Part shown: positions 1 to 12,419 of the stretch, one piece after another
How the letters are laid out: every line of letters starts with the position of its first letter
Numbering within the stretch: position 1 is the stretch's first letter
DNA from: Camelus dromedarius
Lineage: Eukaryota
DNA: 64,000 nt
Direction: 5' to 3'
NCBI RefSeq assembly: GCF_036321535.1
Contig: NC_087459.1
Coordinates: 17,918,001-17,982,000 of the forward strand
Translations under genes and position numbers: made by a program
The notes under the pieces: model-generated
What the model was told of the DNA's origin: nothing
The model's database searches: none
What the model saw: the letters and a program-made list of their open reading frames with translations, nothing else

Positions 1-56
1 AGCCGGGTTTCCCAGCTCAGGGCCCAGCAAGTCTGCAGGCTGGAGTCATGATTCTT

Positions 57-328
57 TTCTTTTTTTTATTGAAGTATAGTTGGTTTACAGTGTTGTGTTA
101 ATTTCTGGTGTACAGCATTGTGAATATATATATATATTCCTTTTCATATTCTTTTTCATTATAGGCTATTACAAAGTATTGAATATCATTCCCTGTGCTA
201 TACAGTAGGACCTTGCTGTTTATCTATTTTATATATGGTAGTTACTATCTGCACATCCCAAACTCCCATTTTACCCCTCCACACCCCTCTTCTCCCCTGG
301 TAACCATAAGTTTGTTTTCCATGTCTGT
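57..328 (-). mobile_element. L1 3' end (5'-truncated) with 15-bp TSD
   Basis: Poly(T) then ttattgaagtatagttggtttacag...ggtaaccataagtttgttttc; TSD ggagtca(tg/ca)attctt at 42-56 and 329-343. Confidence 0.85.
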
Positions 329-469
329 GGAGTCACAATTCTTGGTTGTTACCACACTTACTATGATGACTGGGACTTTTATTATTAGCAGTGGTGGTAG
401 TTGTCACTACACTCACTATTATCATTTGTTGTTTTTAAACAATGGCTACATTGTATCAAACCCTTACCA

Positions 470-640
470 CACACCAGGCACCAGGCCAAGTACTTTATGT
501 CTTATTTCATTGAATTCTCATAACCACTGAGAAATACGATCATTCCTTTTTACAAATAAATAAATTGATGCTCAGAGGTTAAAGTAAGGTACTAGAATAG
601 ATCGATATTTCAGTAAGTGCCAAAGGTGAGACTCCAACTT
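470..640 (-). mobile_element. MIR SINE
   Basis: ccaggcacc...ttacaaataaataaattgatgctcagaggttaaag resembles the MIR core. Confidence 0.55.
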
Positions 641-754
641 CATCCTCTTGCTGCCATAAGAATACAGTGGTCATAAGATACCAGTCCCTCAGAGGAGCCC
701 AGGGCTTTTGTTTTTATTATCTCATGTGATGCTATGGGGCAAGCAAAGCAATGA

Positions 755-1130
755 TTATTATTTAGCTCCTTTTGCCAGCTCTTTGGTCACAAAGTTAATT
801 TGAGTTGAATTGACTTAAGCTAAAAAGGGAAGTCATTGGGTTCTTATAATTAAAGTCTAGGGATTTCAGGCATGGCTGTATCCAGCGTTTCACCTAGCTC
901 TTGTGGTTTCTCCAGCTACTGGCTTTATTTTCTCCTGTGTTGACATCCCTCTCAAACAGTTTCTCTCCATGTGCTACTCTTCCCCCTACAGCCTCAGACT
1001 CCATTCCCTCAGCTCAGCAACCACAGCAGGAAGAAAACTTTTCCCTCACAGTGTCCTAGCAGAAGCCTCGAGAATGAGGCTCGTTCTGAACCGATTACTG
1101 CGACTGAGAATGGGAGATGCTGCCTGGCCA
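755..1130 (-). mobile_element. Old MaLR/ERVL-type LTR fragment (MLT1J/K-like)
   Basis: Reverse complement ...gccatgcctgaaatccctagac...cttttagcttaagtcaattcaac...tgtgaccaaagag resembles the LTR 3' end also seen at 48400-48569. Confidence 0.45.
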
Positions 1131-1544
1131 GCGCTGGGTATATCTATGGTGGGAAGCCCCTTACAGACTCCCATGAGAGGTTTGGTTCAGAGACATGTTG
1201 AAGCAGCAGTGGGAAGGAGTTTCCTGCCCCCAGAGCTGCTTGAAGAAGTCAGATGGGACCAGGCTGACATGCGCGCTGGCTGCCATCCCTCCCTCTCTTG
1301 GGGAGTACTGAGGGCTGAGGTGAAGATGGATGATGGCCCCATCTCTGAGCAGGCCCTGGGTCAAGCATTCCTCTCCCCTCCAGCTCCAGAGGAGAAAAAG
1401 GCAGTCCTATTTCTAATCTGAGGCCCCATCAGAGCCTTTTAGAGCTGACAAATTAGGCTAGCAGGGCCAAAATTACCCAGAAAATGGCATTCTGTCTCTA
1501 CTTGCAAAGGGAGGGAAGGTTGAGATGCTGGAGGACTATGAAAT

Positions 1545-1712
1545 TAACACTTACTACGTGCTGTTGCCCCCACTGTATCTCAATGGCTCTTCAAATCACC
1601 CTGTGAGTTAGGTACCAATATGACCCGTTTTTCAGATTAGGAAATGAGGCCAGAGAGGTGAAGGACTTTCCCAAGGTCAGCTGGGAGGTGGCGAAGCTGG
1701 GATGAAGCCCGT
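1545..1712 (-). mobile_element. MIR SINE
   Basis: caccctgtgagttaggtacc...ttttcagattaggaaatgaggccagagaggtgaaggactttcccaaggtca. Confidence 0.7.
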
Positions 1713-2169
1713 CCCAGTGGCTCTCACCAACACTGGCACAGAGGTCACTGCAAAAAGGTCACTTTAAAACGGCACTTTTCACCTTCCAGGTTTCCAGCTC
1801 CCACTTCAAGGCAAAAGCCAGCCTCAACCCCTGCCAGGGACAGTCTGTGATCCACCACGTGAGAAACCAAAATATTTTTCTCGGCGCAGGTTGGCAAGCT
1901 GATCCTCTTTCAGGGCTAGCCAAACTGGTTCCAAAGATGTGGGGACAGAGCGTGTGGGAATCCCTAGATGACAGACCCAGAGAGACATGGCCCTGGCAGC
2001 CCGGTGGGGCTCGTGGAGAGGCCGCAGGTGCAGCCTGCCACTCTGGAGGGCTGGCACGAGCAGGCTGACCCAGCTGGGATTCGGTGCCGCACCGCAGGCT
2101 TCCCGCCCCGGCTGACAGGAGCACAGGCGTCAGAGTCACCGGGCTCGCTCTGAGCTCCAGACCTGCCAC

Positions 2170-2332
2170 AGTGTGGCTGAGTGACTCAGGGCAAGCCCCT
2201 TAGACCCCTCTAAACCTCAATTCCTTTGTGTGTGAAATGGGCATCATATTCCCAGCCTCCAAGGCTGCTGTGAGACATGGATGGGAGACAAGTAAAGCTC
2301 ACCCGGGCCCGGAACACAGTGCACGTTCAATT
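2170..2332 (+). mobile_element. MIR SINE
   Basis: gtgactcagggcaag...cctcaattcctttgtgtgtgaaatggg...gctgctgtgag. Confidence 0.6.
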
Positions 2333-2413
2333 CCATTAAAGGACCCTGAGAGAAACAGCTGCCTCCCTTTCTCCCAGTTTGTTTAGGCAGCAAGAAATCC
2401 TGGCTGGTCTAAG

Positions 2414-2582
2414 CCTGGGTTTCTCTACTGGAGGTGATCTGGTTATCACGACTTGGGCAGTACCACCGGCATCCAGTGGGTGGAGGCCAGGGATGCTGCT
2501 AAACATCCCACAGGGAACAGGACGGCCCCACGACAGAGCTGTCCAGCCCAGGCATCGGTAGTGCTGAGGCTGAGAAACCCTG
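2414..2582 (+). mobile_element. MER20 (hAT-Charlie) DNA transposon
   Basis: ggcatccagtgggtggaggccagggatgctgctaaacatcc...gtgctgaggctgagaaaccctg matches MER20 as I recall it. Confidence 0.75.
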
Positions 2583-3414
2583 GTGGACGCCAGCCCTGTT
2601 CCTGAGTTCCCAGCCTCCCTTGCAGCTGGGAGCATGTCCGGAGACCTGGCAGAGCCAATGAGGCTGAGGAGAAAGTCGGCGGGGGTCTCTAAGAAGGCCT
2701 TTGCCTCCCGGTGGAGGGAACAAAACTGCTGCTTGGATGCCGTACCTGCAGGTGCAGGAGTCACCCTGCAAGGATGAGGCACCAGGCCCGCAGGGGAAGG
2801 TCAAGGTCACAGGAAGGCTGGTCCTGGTCCTAACTCAGTCCAGCCACTACACCACAGCCTGAAGCCACCATCATTTGACTTCCTGTTACTGAGAAAAATT
2901 AATTCTGATTTGTTTAAGTTACTCAAATTACATTATTCTGTTCCTTTTAGCCAAGTACAATCTTAACATACAGAAGCTACTGACAGAAAACAAACAAAAA
3001 ACAACCCAAACCTGACAGCACCTACATCCTACGGGTTTTAAAAAAGGGAAGATGAAAGGCCACAGTCTTCACCACAGCCTGCAGGACCCTCTGTGACCCA
3101 CCCCTTCCTCTCGGACCCCACCTCCTACTTCTCACTTCCACTGCTGGCCGTGGACGTGGCTGAGGGGTCTGAACACCCCTGGAGCGCCACACATCCTCTG
3201 GGCCCGGGGCTGCCCACCCAGCTGTTCCGAGGCTGCAGCCCCCGGTGCCCTCTCCGCCCCCAGCACTAACATCTGGGGTGGTCTTGGTTCACCTCCCAAT
3301 TCCCCCTCCCTCCCTCTTCCACAGCCTCTTTCCCGGCCACACCCCCAGCGCAGGCAGCACTGCCCGTGGGAAGCACCCAAATATTCACTGAGGAAAGAGG
3401 GAAAGAAAACAGCC

Positions 3415-3671
3415 TTCTTTCATTTCACAGTATGTATTCATTGCATTTGCAAGATCAGATCATTTAAAAAAAGTCATCTGAAAATTCCCCTCTAATAAAT
3501 AATGCACCTCTAATTTACAACTTTTTTTTTTTTTTGATTATACAAATGAACCCAGCCTTTTTGAAACAAATTCTGCCAATCTCTGGTGGATATTTAGACC
3601 AAATCCATTCTGGAGAGTTCTGTGGCCCTGGAACCCTAGCCCCGGCCCTCTTGCCAGCCGGGTGCCGGGGG
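3415..3671 (-). other. COG7: COG7 3' UTR (distal end inferred)
   Basis: Follows the stop codon. Variant hexamers AATGAA/AATACA at 3442-3433 (minus strand) are followed by a U-rich tract at about 3412-3385. Confidence 0.55.
3433..3442 (-). terminator. Candidate non-canonical polyadenylation signal (AATGAATACA)
   Basis: No AATAAA or ATTAAA found on the minus strand between the stop codon and about position 2300; these overlapping variant hexamers precede a U-rich element. Confidence 0.45.
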
Positions 3672-3838
3672 TCAGTAGTCCACACTCCGCATGGCGGCCA
3701 CCGTGGAGGCGAGGCGCCGGGGCAGGCCTTTGCTGACCTGTCTGTAGTCCTCGGGTTTGGTCTTCAGGAGCGTCACGATGTTCTGGAGGGTGCGGGACGG
3801 CTGCAGGCCCAGGGCGTCCATCACGTTGATCAGGTAGT
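3672..3838 (-). CDS. COG7: COG7 exon 17 (coding part, 167 nt including TGA)
   Basis: Acceptor cccacctgcacag|; (D)[54 protein letters not shown]. Confidence 0.98.
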
Positions 3839-5739
3839 CTGTGCAGGTGGGAGCAGACAGGCGTGCCGACAGACTCAGCACCAACGCGATGAGCCCCAGA
3901 AGGCCTCCCCACCCCTCCCCTAAGAAATAAGGTGTCCCCCAGGCCCCCACGTGCTGGCTGCCAGGTCTGCCCTCAGCCCGCAGGCCTTGACTCTGAGGGT
4001 TTTTCCAAGTGGGTTGAACCTGACTGTGTGCTAGGCCCGAACCTAGGAATTCTAATTCAACAAAGGAGCTGCCAACATCCCCGCCATCTCCATCCCCACC
4101 CCCACCACACACTCAGCTCTCCAGCACGACCAGCTGACCTCACCAGAAGCTCTACACTGGGGTCTCCTGGGTTCCCAGACGACCCCATGGACCACGTGGA
4201 AAACCCAAGGGGTCAGGAACACGTGCACTGAAGACTTCGCAGTGGAGCCCTACAGTGAAGGCAAGGACAGTGCCCACATCTCCCAGATAAGCCCTTGGGG
4301 TACAAGGTAGAGTCAGATTCTTGAGCCCAGGCTACGTCGATGAGCATCTCCAAGAGAGGGTTGAAGAATCCTGTCCTTCCGAAAAGCAGCCCCACCATTC
4401 TAAACACCAGGCAAGCTTGGGCGGCATCGGCCAAGTGGAGGAGAAAACCGAGGCTGGGGTGACCTCGGTGAGTCCTTCCACCTGCGGATGTGGCTAACAC
4501 CTGTCAGGCAGCACTGTTAAGAGGATGAAGTGGGATAAAGACCATGAAAGCACCTGACATGACATGGGGATCAATAAATGGGTGTTCCTTTCCTTCTTCC
4601 TTCCAGGGCGGCTTGGGCCTGGGCGAGGGAGGCATGGCCGCCTCCTCCGGCTCCTCCCTCTTCCCTCTGGTCTCTCCTTACTTTCTGATCGCGGCCCGCC
4701 CACATTCGTCTCTCTCCCTGACTCCGGGCAGGCTCTGTCTTCCCCATGTCCTCTTTTTGAGGCGGGGCTCAGAGCAGAGCCCACAGGAGGTGCCCGCTCT
4801 GCCCTGGCTGGCTCACATCCTGTCCCCCACTGGGGAGGGCACCGCCAGTCAGGCACCTGCCTCCTGCACACGCTTATCCATAAAATTGTGAGCTGCGCTT
4901 GGCTGTAAGCCAGGACCTGAGAAGCGGTAGCCCAGGATCTACTATGGTATCTTGTTTAGCCAGCAAGGGGGTTTGGGGCTTGTTTCTTTTTAATGCTTAA
5001 TTTGAACGTCTTTAAGGTGGCCACGCACTGCCACAGACCTCACCGCTCTCTATCGTGTCACATCTGGCAGCTTCCTGGCCCCTAACCGCACTCCTCACAG
5101 CTAAGCCACTGCGGATCTGGAGGGGGAGCCTAACAGACTGGGAGACACGATGCGGACAAACCGAACTAGTTGCAGCTGGTCCTCTCCTCAGTGCTCCATC
5201 TATGCCAACAGGGACCATGAGCGAACACTCGAATCTCCTCATCTCCTCCCTGAACACGTGCCCAGTGAGGTGACGACAAGCCGGCTGTCGCCCTGCAACT
5301 GCTGAGAGCTGACCCGGGATGAGCACAGCGCAGGGAGTCAGCGCAGCTGGGTTGCAGGCCCGGCTCCCTCCCTCACTGCTCTGGGGCCAGAGGGAAGCGC
5401 CTCACTTCTATTTCTTCTCTGGCAAAACAAGAGGCTGGTGTGGCCCTGTGGTCACGCAGGTCAAAGCTCTGGCTGGGTCCCCAGGAGCTGATCTTTGAGG
5501 CTCCCACCACCCTCACCCTTGAAGGCTCCAAGAACAGGCAAGTCAGTGGAATGATACCAAGAGGCCGGGGAGCCTCCCCTACCACCTGCCTGCAGTAACC
5601 CCCACCTCAGAGCACCCCCCCCCAGGCAGTACTGCCTCCAGGGATGTGTGCCAGCGGGAGCAGGTGGGCACGCACGCCCTGACGTCAGCTGGGAGACAGG
5701 CAGGTATTCTGATGAAGACCACAGGACCACCCTACCTAG

Positions 5740-5905
5740 GTGGCCTCATGATGCAACTGCCCTGAGCCCCTGTTTCCTTATCAGTATAATGAAGGCAGGA
5801 GCGCCAACCTCACAGGGAAGTTTTGCGGATTGCGTAAGACAGTGGGTGTGAGTGCTTGGCTCACCGCCTGGCACGCCCGGCGCGTAGTGAGAGCTTAATG
5901 TCGAT
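5740..5905 (+). mobile_element. MIR SINE
   Basis: ctgagcccctgtttccttatcagtataatg...cctcacaggg...gcctggcac. Confidence 0.55.
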
Positions 5906-6017
5906 TTGGATGGCGACTGTATTAACAAGCAGCGGGCAAGGTGCGGGAAGGCAGCATCACACAAGTCTGCCCGACTCATCCCAGCCCATCTCAGCTTCCC
6001 TTAATGGTTCTCCCCTT

Positions 6018-6130
6018 AATGGTTCTCAGCCTCGGCAACTGTCAGAATCCCTTGGGCTTCAATCCAGATTGACTTTGTCAGAATCTCTGGGGGCAGGGCC
6101 TAGACAATCCGCATTTTTAACAAAGCTTCA
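6018..6130 (+). mobile_element. MER5-type hAT fragment, with a perfect 15-bp tandem duplication (cccttaatggttctc, 5998-6027) at its edge
   Basis: tggttctcagcctcggc...tcagaatctctgggggcagggcc...gcatttttaacaaagc. Confidence 0.55.
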
Positions 6131-6228
6131 TAGACAAACCCAGAGCTGAAGACCTTCCTGGAGGGTAGAGGGACTGACAGATCCAACTGGCTAGAGCAGT
6201 CCCTCCCACCGCCCACCCAGGGACCCAC

Positions 6229-6372
6229 CAATGTCGGTGGCCAGCTGCTTGGTGGAGTGCGGGGTGAGCCCGGGGATCTGCAGGAGGGCGTCGCAGTAGG
6301 TCTGCATCGTGGCTCTGGCGATCGAGCCCAGCCAGTTGTCTGCCATGTTGTCCAGCTCAGGCAGTTCATCCC
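6229..6372 (-). CDS. COG7: COG7 exon 16 (144 nt)
   Basis: Acceptor ttcccccctccag|; (G)[47 protein letters not shown]; donor TTG|GTGGGT. Confidence 0.98.
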
Positions 6373-7399
6373 CTGGAGGGGGAAAGAAGTCACCAAAGAA
6401 ACAGAACCTGGTCAGGGAAACCCTGCCACCAACAGCTTTTACAGGGCGCTCTGGGTGATGGGGCAACCTCAGAGGTCTTGAAGGCTGGGGACTGAGTGTG
6501 GCCATGCAGGCCAGCAGGAGCTCTGCAGGCAGTAAGAGGGAGGGGGAGCCCCACACCCAAAGGAAGGAGGCAGGAGAGCTGGCACAGCCCACGGGAGGCA
6601 GGCAGCAATGGTCAGCACGCAGGCAGCATGTCAGGTTTAAGACCAACCCGACCAAGGAGCTGGGTGCTGCCTGACTTCTCAGAGACTGTCTTCTTCATCA
6701 GTAAGATGGCCTGGCTTTCAGGGCTGCTGTGGGGATGACACGAGGCCCGGGGCATGGGGCTGCCACACACTGAGTGCTATGTGCACGGCAGCTGTGTGTG
6801 TTAGAAGGATTACAGGCGCGGGGAGAAGTGGGCACCGGGAGCACTGGGGACGTGTCAGGGCCGGGTCACAGAGGGCACCCTGAGAACCACGTGCAGCCCG
6901 TGTAGTAGGAAACAGGCAACCCCTGCAGGTTCCCAGCAAGGCTGTGACAAGACGAGCCCGTGCGGGGAGGGCCCGCCACGCTGAGATGGGGTGAAGGAGG
7001 GCGGCAGAGCAGCCGTCCAGGCAAGAGAGAGACGGGCCTGGCTCCCGAGAGGAAGGGGCACACCCGACAGAAGTGGAAAGAAGGGGAGAAATGAGAGCAA
7101 TATTCAAAAAAAAAAAAACAAAAAAAAACTATGGGGCCACGCAGAGAACAATCACACATTTAGAAGAAAACAAGCAAAACGCTACCACCATGACCACTAC
7201 TACCACTGACAACACAGAAAATGAAGTTACTGGTAAAAGCACCATCTGCTTCGAGAGGAGCCCGAAGGCACGTGGGAAACCGGCAATACCAGCGGGATGT
7301 GATCTAGTTTTTCAAAATTTTTTTTAAATAAAAAATTTTTAAAAATTTTAACAGATCTGATCTAAAAGCTCTATACATCTCCAAGGCTTTTGATTTTAT

Positions 7400-8480
7400 G
7401 TCAGACAGTCGTCCAGTAATTTAAACTGCATAATGTAAACTGGTTTCCTCCACATCGCCCATGCAAAGCATAAACACTTAGAAATACATATGTGTATACA
7501 TATATACATATATATGTCAATTTGATAGGTTATAAAATGATATAACCTACTTTCACTTGCAGCTCTTAGAGGATTATCGAAATTAAACATTTCTCTGTAT
7601 GTTTTAGTTCACTGGAATGCCTGCGTGCTGTCTGCTTATTTCCTGTGGGCGTTCATCATCTTCTTACTGATTCGTAAGGACTCAAAAAAATCGGGACATT
7701 AACCATCATCTACCATGGATGTCGCTATTTTTTCCAGTTTATCATTTATCTTTCAATTTCCTTTACAGCTTCTGTCTTTTATTGCAAAGTCTTAAAGTCT
7801 TCCCTTCCCTACCTCTAAGATGAATTAATATTCACTCATAGTTTAGCTTAACAGGTTTCATATTTTAAATTTGAATTTTAAATAGGATTATTCTTTGTCT
7901 CAAGAATTATATGTGAGTAACCTTAGTATTTGTAACCCTATGAAACTCATGGAGATTTTACTTGTGTTATTTTTGTAAACAATTTATAGAAATTTGACAA
8001 CAATGCCGATTCTCTGTGGGATAAAAAGCTTGGTGTACTGATTCCATCAAGTATGATTATACTGAATAATTCCTCATTAATTTTCCGTTTTAATCTGTCA
8101 AAGCCTAAAGGAGAGGAACAAGTGGTTTTTTCAGTACGTGGTTTTGTCATTAATGTCTGACAGCTTCTTCTTTCTGTATTTCAGTGCTGTGTTATTTGAC
8201 ACATAAAGGTACCTGACTATTATAGGTTCACGGTGGAATCCACCTGTTATCAATACAAAGAACAACTTAGTCCCATTTATTATCTTTTGGTTTGATTCAA
8301 CTTCATCTAATAGTGATGAAGTGATCTTGATTTATTATTTGCATTTACATGTGATGCCTTTTCACAATCCTTTATTTTTAACCTCTCGATGTGATTTTAT
8401 TTTCCATTGTGGTACCTCCTCCTGAGCTGCTGAATCTTTTATATTACCAAGTGATTATTTTGTTTGTTTGTTCAGCCTTA
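7400..8480 (-). mobile_element. Ancient L1 (L1M/L1ME-type) fragment
   Basis: T-rich antisense ORF2-like text (ttcatcatcttcttactgattcgtaagg..., tgttatttgacacata...). Confidence 0.45.
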
Positions 8481-9101
8481 CAGAGGGAGGCCTATAATGC
8501 TCACTATTAGGAATAAGATGATTTTCGATCAGAGAGTATGCGGTCCCTCTTCAAATCTGTCAGGCCCAGATAATGAGAAAAAAGAAAGATTTTAATTTAC
8601 TGTACTTTTATCTTATCAGTTTAGAGACCCAAGAGCCTTGGGGAGTTGGGAGCACACTACAGCCAGAGGCATCTGGACAGGAAATGCTAACCTCTATGCT
8701 GAAGAGTTTATTTTTGTCCTAATGAGAAAAACTGTTCCTATGAGGTGCCACTTTTCTTGGCATGTGGGCCACACAGAGGGGGAGCAGAGACAGAGTCAGA
8801 TGGGACCCTTGCCCTGTGAGGTCACTCTGCCACCAGTAAGTGCCTATGACCCTGGGCCCGCCTGCCACCACCTCCCAGCTGAGGGGCACTGGTGGAGTGC
8901 CCCTCTGCTCTCCTCCCCAGGGATGCTCCACATACGGTGAGACAAAGTCAGGACAGCTCCTCCCCTAACCCACTCTGGCCTGCAGAAGCTCCTCGGAGGG
9001 TGCACTCAGAGAGGACCCAGACTTTCCTAGCCACTATTTTGCACTTTGACAATGATTTCAGTGGCAGTGTGGAGGATGTATGTGATGGGGTTAAGGCGCT
9101 A

Positions 9102-9293
<192 letters not shown>

Positions 9294-9749
9294 TCAGCCC
9301 AGCATTGATGCAGTAATTATGTCGTGCGGTACATTCACGAGAAGGCAAGTGGCAGACAGACAGAACTGCTAGTCCTGAGGCAGCCCCAGGTCTGATCTTT
9401 CCAGAGTGTGGTAATATTGGTTTAGGCAACATCTAAAGCAACCAACAGTAGTTTGCATGTAGATCATAGATTCATCCTTCTCACTAATGGCCTCAATATT
9501 TTTGGAATGCATTCAATGCAAGCTCTACCTCAAATGAGTAATGGACACTGAAGGCTTTGTAAAATTTAAAGCACTTGTGTAAATATAAGTTATTATTACT
9601 GTTCATAGATGAAAAACCAGTAAGATGCTAATGTCAACAAGTGTGTGGTTGAGCAAGAATTCCAACCCTGTCTTCTGGATCTAGATTTGGGTCTCTCCCT
9701 TCTAGGTGATTTAACCAGAAGGAGGGAGGAATTTTGTTGGAAAAAAGCC

Positions 9750-10257
9750 AGTGTCTCTTAGTTTTCAGAGTACAAGTCCTTTGCCTCCTTGGGTAGGTTT
9801 ATTCCTAGGTATTTTATTCTTTTTGGTGCGATGGTAAATGTGACTGTTTCCTTCATTTCTTTTTCTGCTATTTTGTTGTTAGTGTACACAAATGCAACTG
9901 ACTTGTGTGTGTTAATTTTGTACCTGCAACTTTACCAAATTCATTGATGAGTTCTAGCAGTTTTCTGGTCGCTTCTTTAGCGTTTTCTATGTATAGTATC
10001 ATGTCATCCACGAACAGTGAGTTTTACTTCTTCTTTTCTGACTTGAATTTCTTTTATTTCTTTTTCTTCTCTGATTGCTGTGGCTACATTCACCAAAACC
10101 AAGNNNNNNNNNNNNNNNNNNNNNNNNNNNNNNNNNNNNNNNNNNNNNNNNNNNNNNNNNNNNNNNNNNNNNNNNNNNNNNNNNNNNNNNNNNNNNNNNN
10201 NNNNNNNNNNNNNNNNNNNNNNNNNNNNNNNNNNNNCCTCTATGCCCACTTTGGAAA
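9750..10257 (-). mobile_element. L1 ORF2 reverse-transcriptase fragment (contains N-gap)
   Basis: Minus strand encodes LFVDDMILYIENAKEATRKLLELINEFGKVAG and IKYLGINLPKEAKDLYSEN with frameshifts; L1 text resumes after the gap (cctctatgcccacttt). Confidence 0.9.
10104..10236. other. Assembly gap (133 N)
   Basis: Run of N. Confidence 1.
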
Positions 10258-11344
10258 GTATATGTTTTGTTTCTAAATAAGGTTGATCTCCAGGTTACAA
10301 CAATGCAATATATACTTTTAAAAAAAGGTACTGGAGCCTGATACTGCTTTTTTTTTTCGCTTCCATATTGATTCCACACATTCATTCCAACTTAGAATCG
10401 ACGCTGGTTTGGTAAGCTAGTCCAAGGACTATCAGAGTGAGATCTTTTGGTCTACACATCTCCACAGTGGCAGGTCCCTCTAAGAGTGTGGTGTCCAGAA
10501 GTTAAGGCAGACTCCCCAAAATCTACCAGCCCAGAGGACTACAGGATGATTATACCCTCATTTCTAAACATTTAATGTAGTCCATCATGCTAACAAAAAT
10601 TGTTAGTTTGGTCTCCCTTTAAAGAGGCTGATTTAAATTAAATCAGCACTTTTCCCTTTCATTTACTTAGCATAATCTTTCACTCAAACTAGACAAGTGG
10701 TCACTTAACCTCACTAATAATAACCTCACAACCGCTGTACATGTCAGCTTGAAATGGCAACAAATTCATCCTTTTTTCCCCAGACTGGAAGAGGAGAAGG
10801 ATGCTGACTTCTGGGGTTAGAATGTCTCCATTCTAATTCCATTCAGTAAGCACTTCCTGAATACCTACTATGTGCAGAGACCACAGGCACATTCCTATGT
10901 TCGGTACTTATTTCATCCATAGTCAAAACTGCCTGACTAAGTCCACAGAGCTAGTTTTACTTGAAACAGAGAATCATCACCATCATGCCTTACATCTATG
11001 TTGCTTTCTTTCAAAACATTTTCTCCTGTTTCATCCCTTTATACTGTTCACGTAGTTTGGGGTAAGTGAGGGCATTCACCAGCAAGGCAAAGTGTCAATT
11101 AGGTGCAAAATTTCAATAATCTGACATCTCAAACTTCAATTAATTGGCCTTAGATTGTGGGGACTGCATGGTTCCTAGAGATTCCACGATGCCAGGTTTC
11201 TCTCAGGAGTTCTGTCTATATTTACTTCTCGGAAATCAATGTGGGAAGGGATCCCCACCATCACACCTGCAGATGTCGTCCACTATCCCCAAATATCCAA
11301 CAAATACTCCCTGAGGTCCTGTTTGGGTAAGCGCAGTGACTCAG

Positions 11345-11530
11345 GAGAAACAAAAAGCTTTGCGGTCAGGAGGACCTGGGTTTGCGTTCTGGCTCTACCA
11401 CTGTGTGACGCTGGACAACTTACTTCACGTGTTGGGGCCTTGTTTCATCACCTCTGAAATGAGCATGATCTCATACTTACTTCAAAGGGCTGTGGTGAGG
11501 ATGAAATTAATATTGTGTGCACCTGGCATC
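11345..11530 (+). mobile_element. MIR SINE
   Basis: gacctgggtttgcgttctggctctaccactgtgtgacgctggacaacttac...gggctgtggtgaggatgaaatta. Confidence 0.7.
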
Positions 11531-12419
11531 CAAACAGAGCAGCCGCTGGATAAAGACCTTCCCCGCCCCACTCCCATCCCCCAGAGAATGGTGCTTTTGC
11601 CTGTGAAACACGGCTACCCACAACTGGCTCACAGGGTTGTTGTTGAGATAAAATTCTATCTAGACTGTGCACTATCTCAAGGCACCGATAAGAGCCCAGC
11701 ACTGTCCTGGCATGCAGTGTTCAATAAACGTTCACTTCCTGAGTTCAGGCCATCAGGTGCGGTAGCTACCTGGGGGCTGATGAGTCACGGTAGGTGGGAG
11801 AGGGCCCTGACCTAGAAACTCACCCTTGCCTTCCTCACTCCTCTACATCTCGGTTTCCTCAACTTTAAAATCAATTTGAGAACCTCTCAAAACCTTTCTA
11901 GCAACATCATTGCTGGAATGCTGGAATCTGTTTAGATTACAATGCACACTGTCTCAACTCTAAAAATGAGATTATTCCCATTGGTTGTGAAGACGAACCC
12001 ACATTTTCAGTCCCCTCAGTGCAGGATACTGGGTAACGAATGCCCTAAAAAACAGCAGGAAAGCAGCTGCCACCTGGGACTGGACGCTGCTCCCAGTGAA
12101 CAGGGAGGGATTGGACTGCCGTCCCCACTGCTGCCCGCCAGCGGGCTCACCACGCGCTGCTTCTAACTGCACAATATTTACTTTCAAAATTCCTTTGCTT
12201 CTATTACAGTGGTCAAAACTTGCATGGGGGTGAGTTCTAAAGTGAGAGCTTAAGGTAGAAATCACCCATCTCAAAATTACCCTTGAAAATCCCAGAAATC
12301 TCCCCCAGTGTGTGGAATCCATGGTGCGGGTACATTACCTCTACACTGTATTTCTTATGCACACAGACACTTAAGCGCCAGGAGCCGGACTGCAGGAAGG
12401 AGTGAAAGGGAAGGCCATG

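Noticed and set aside
903-1421. 172-aa plus-strand ORF, the longest in the track
   Set aside because: GTG start, overlaps an LTR-like repeat, no recognisable domain or supporting splice structure
1-3400. Possible SCNN1B terminal exon
   Set aside because: No ENaC-beta-like coding sequence or PY motif recognised; the gene presumably ends left of the window
3522-3535. A14 run on the minus strand as a retroposed polyA tail or processed-pseudogene sign
   Set aside because: The gene has all its introns and no TSD is evident; this is a genomic homopolymer in the 3' UTR
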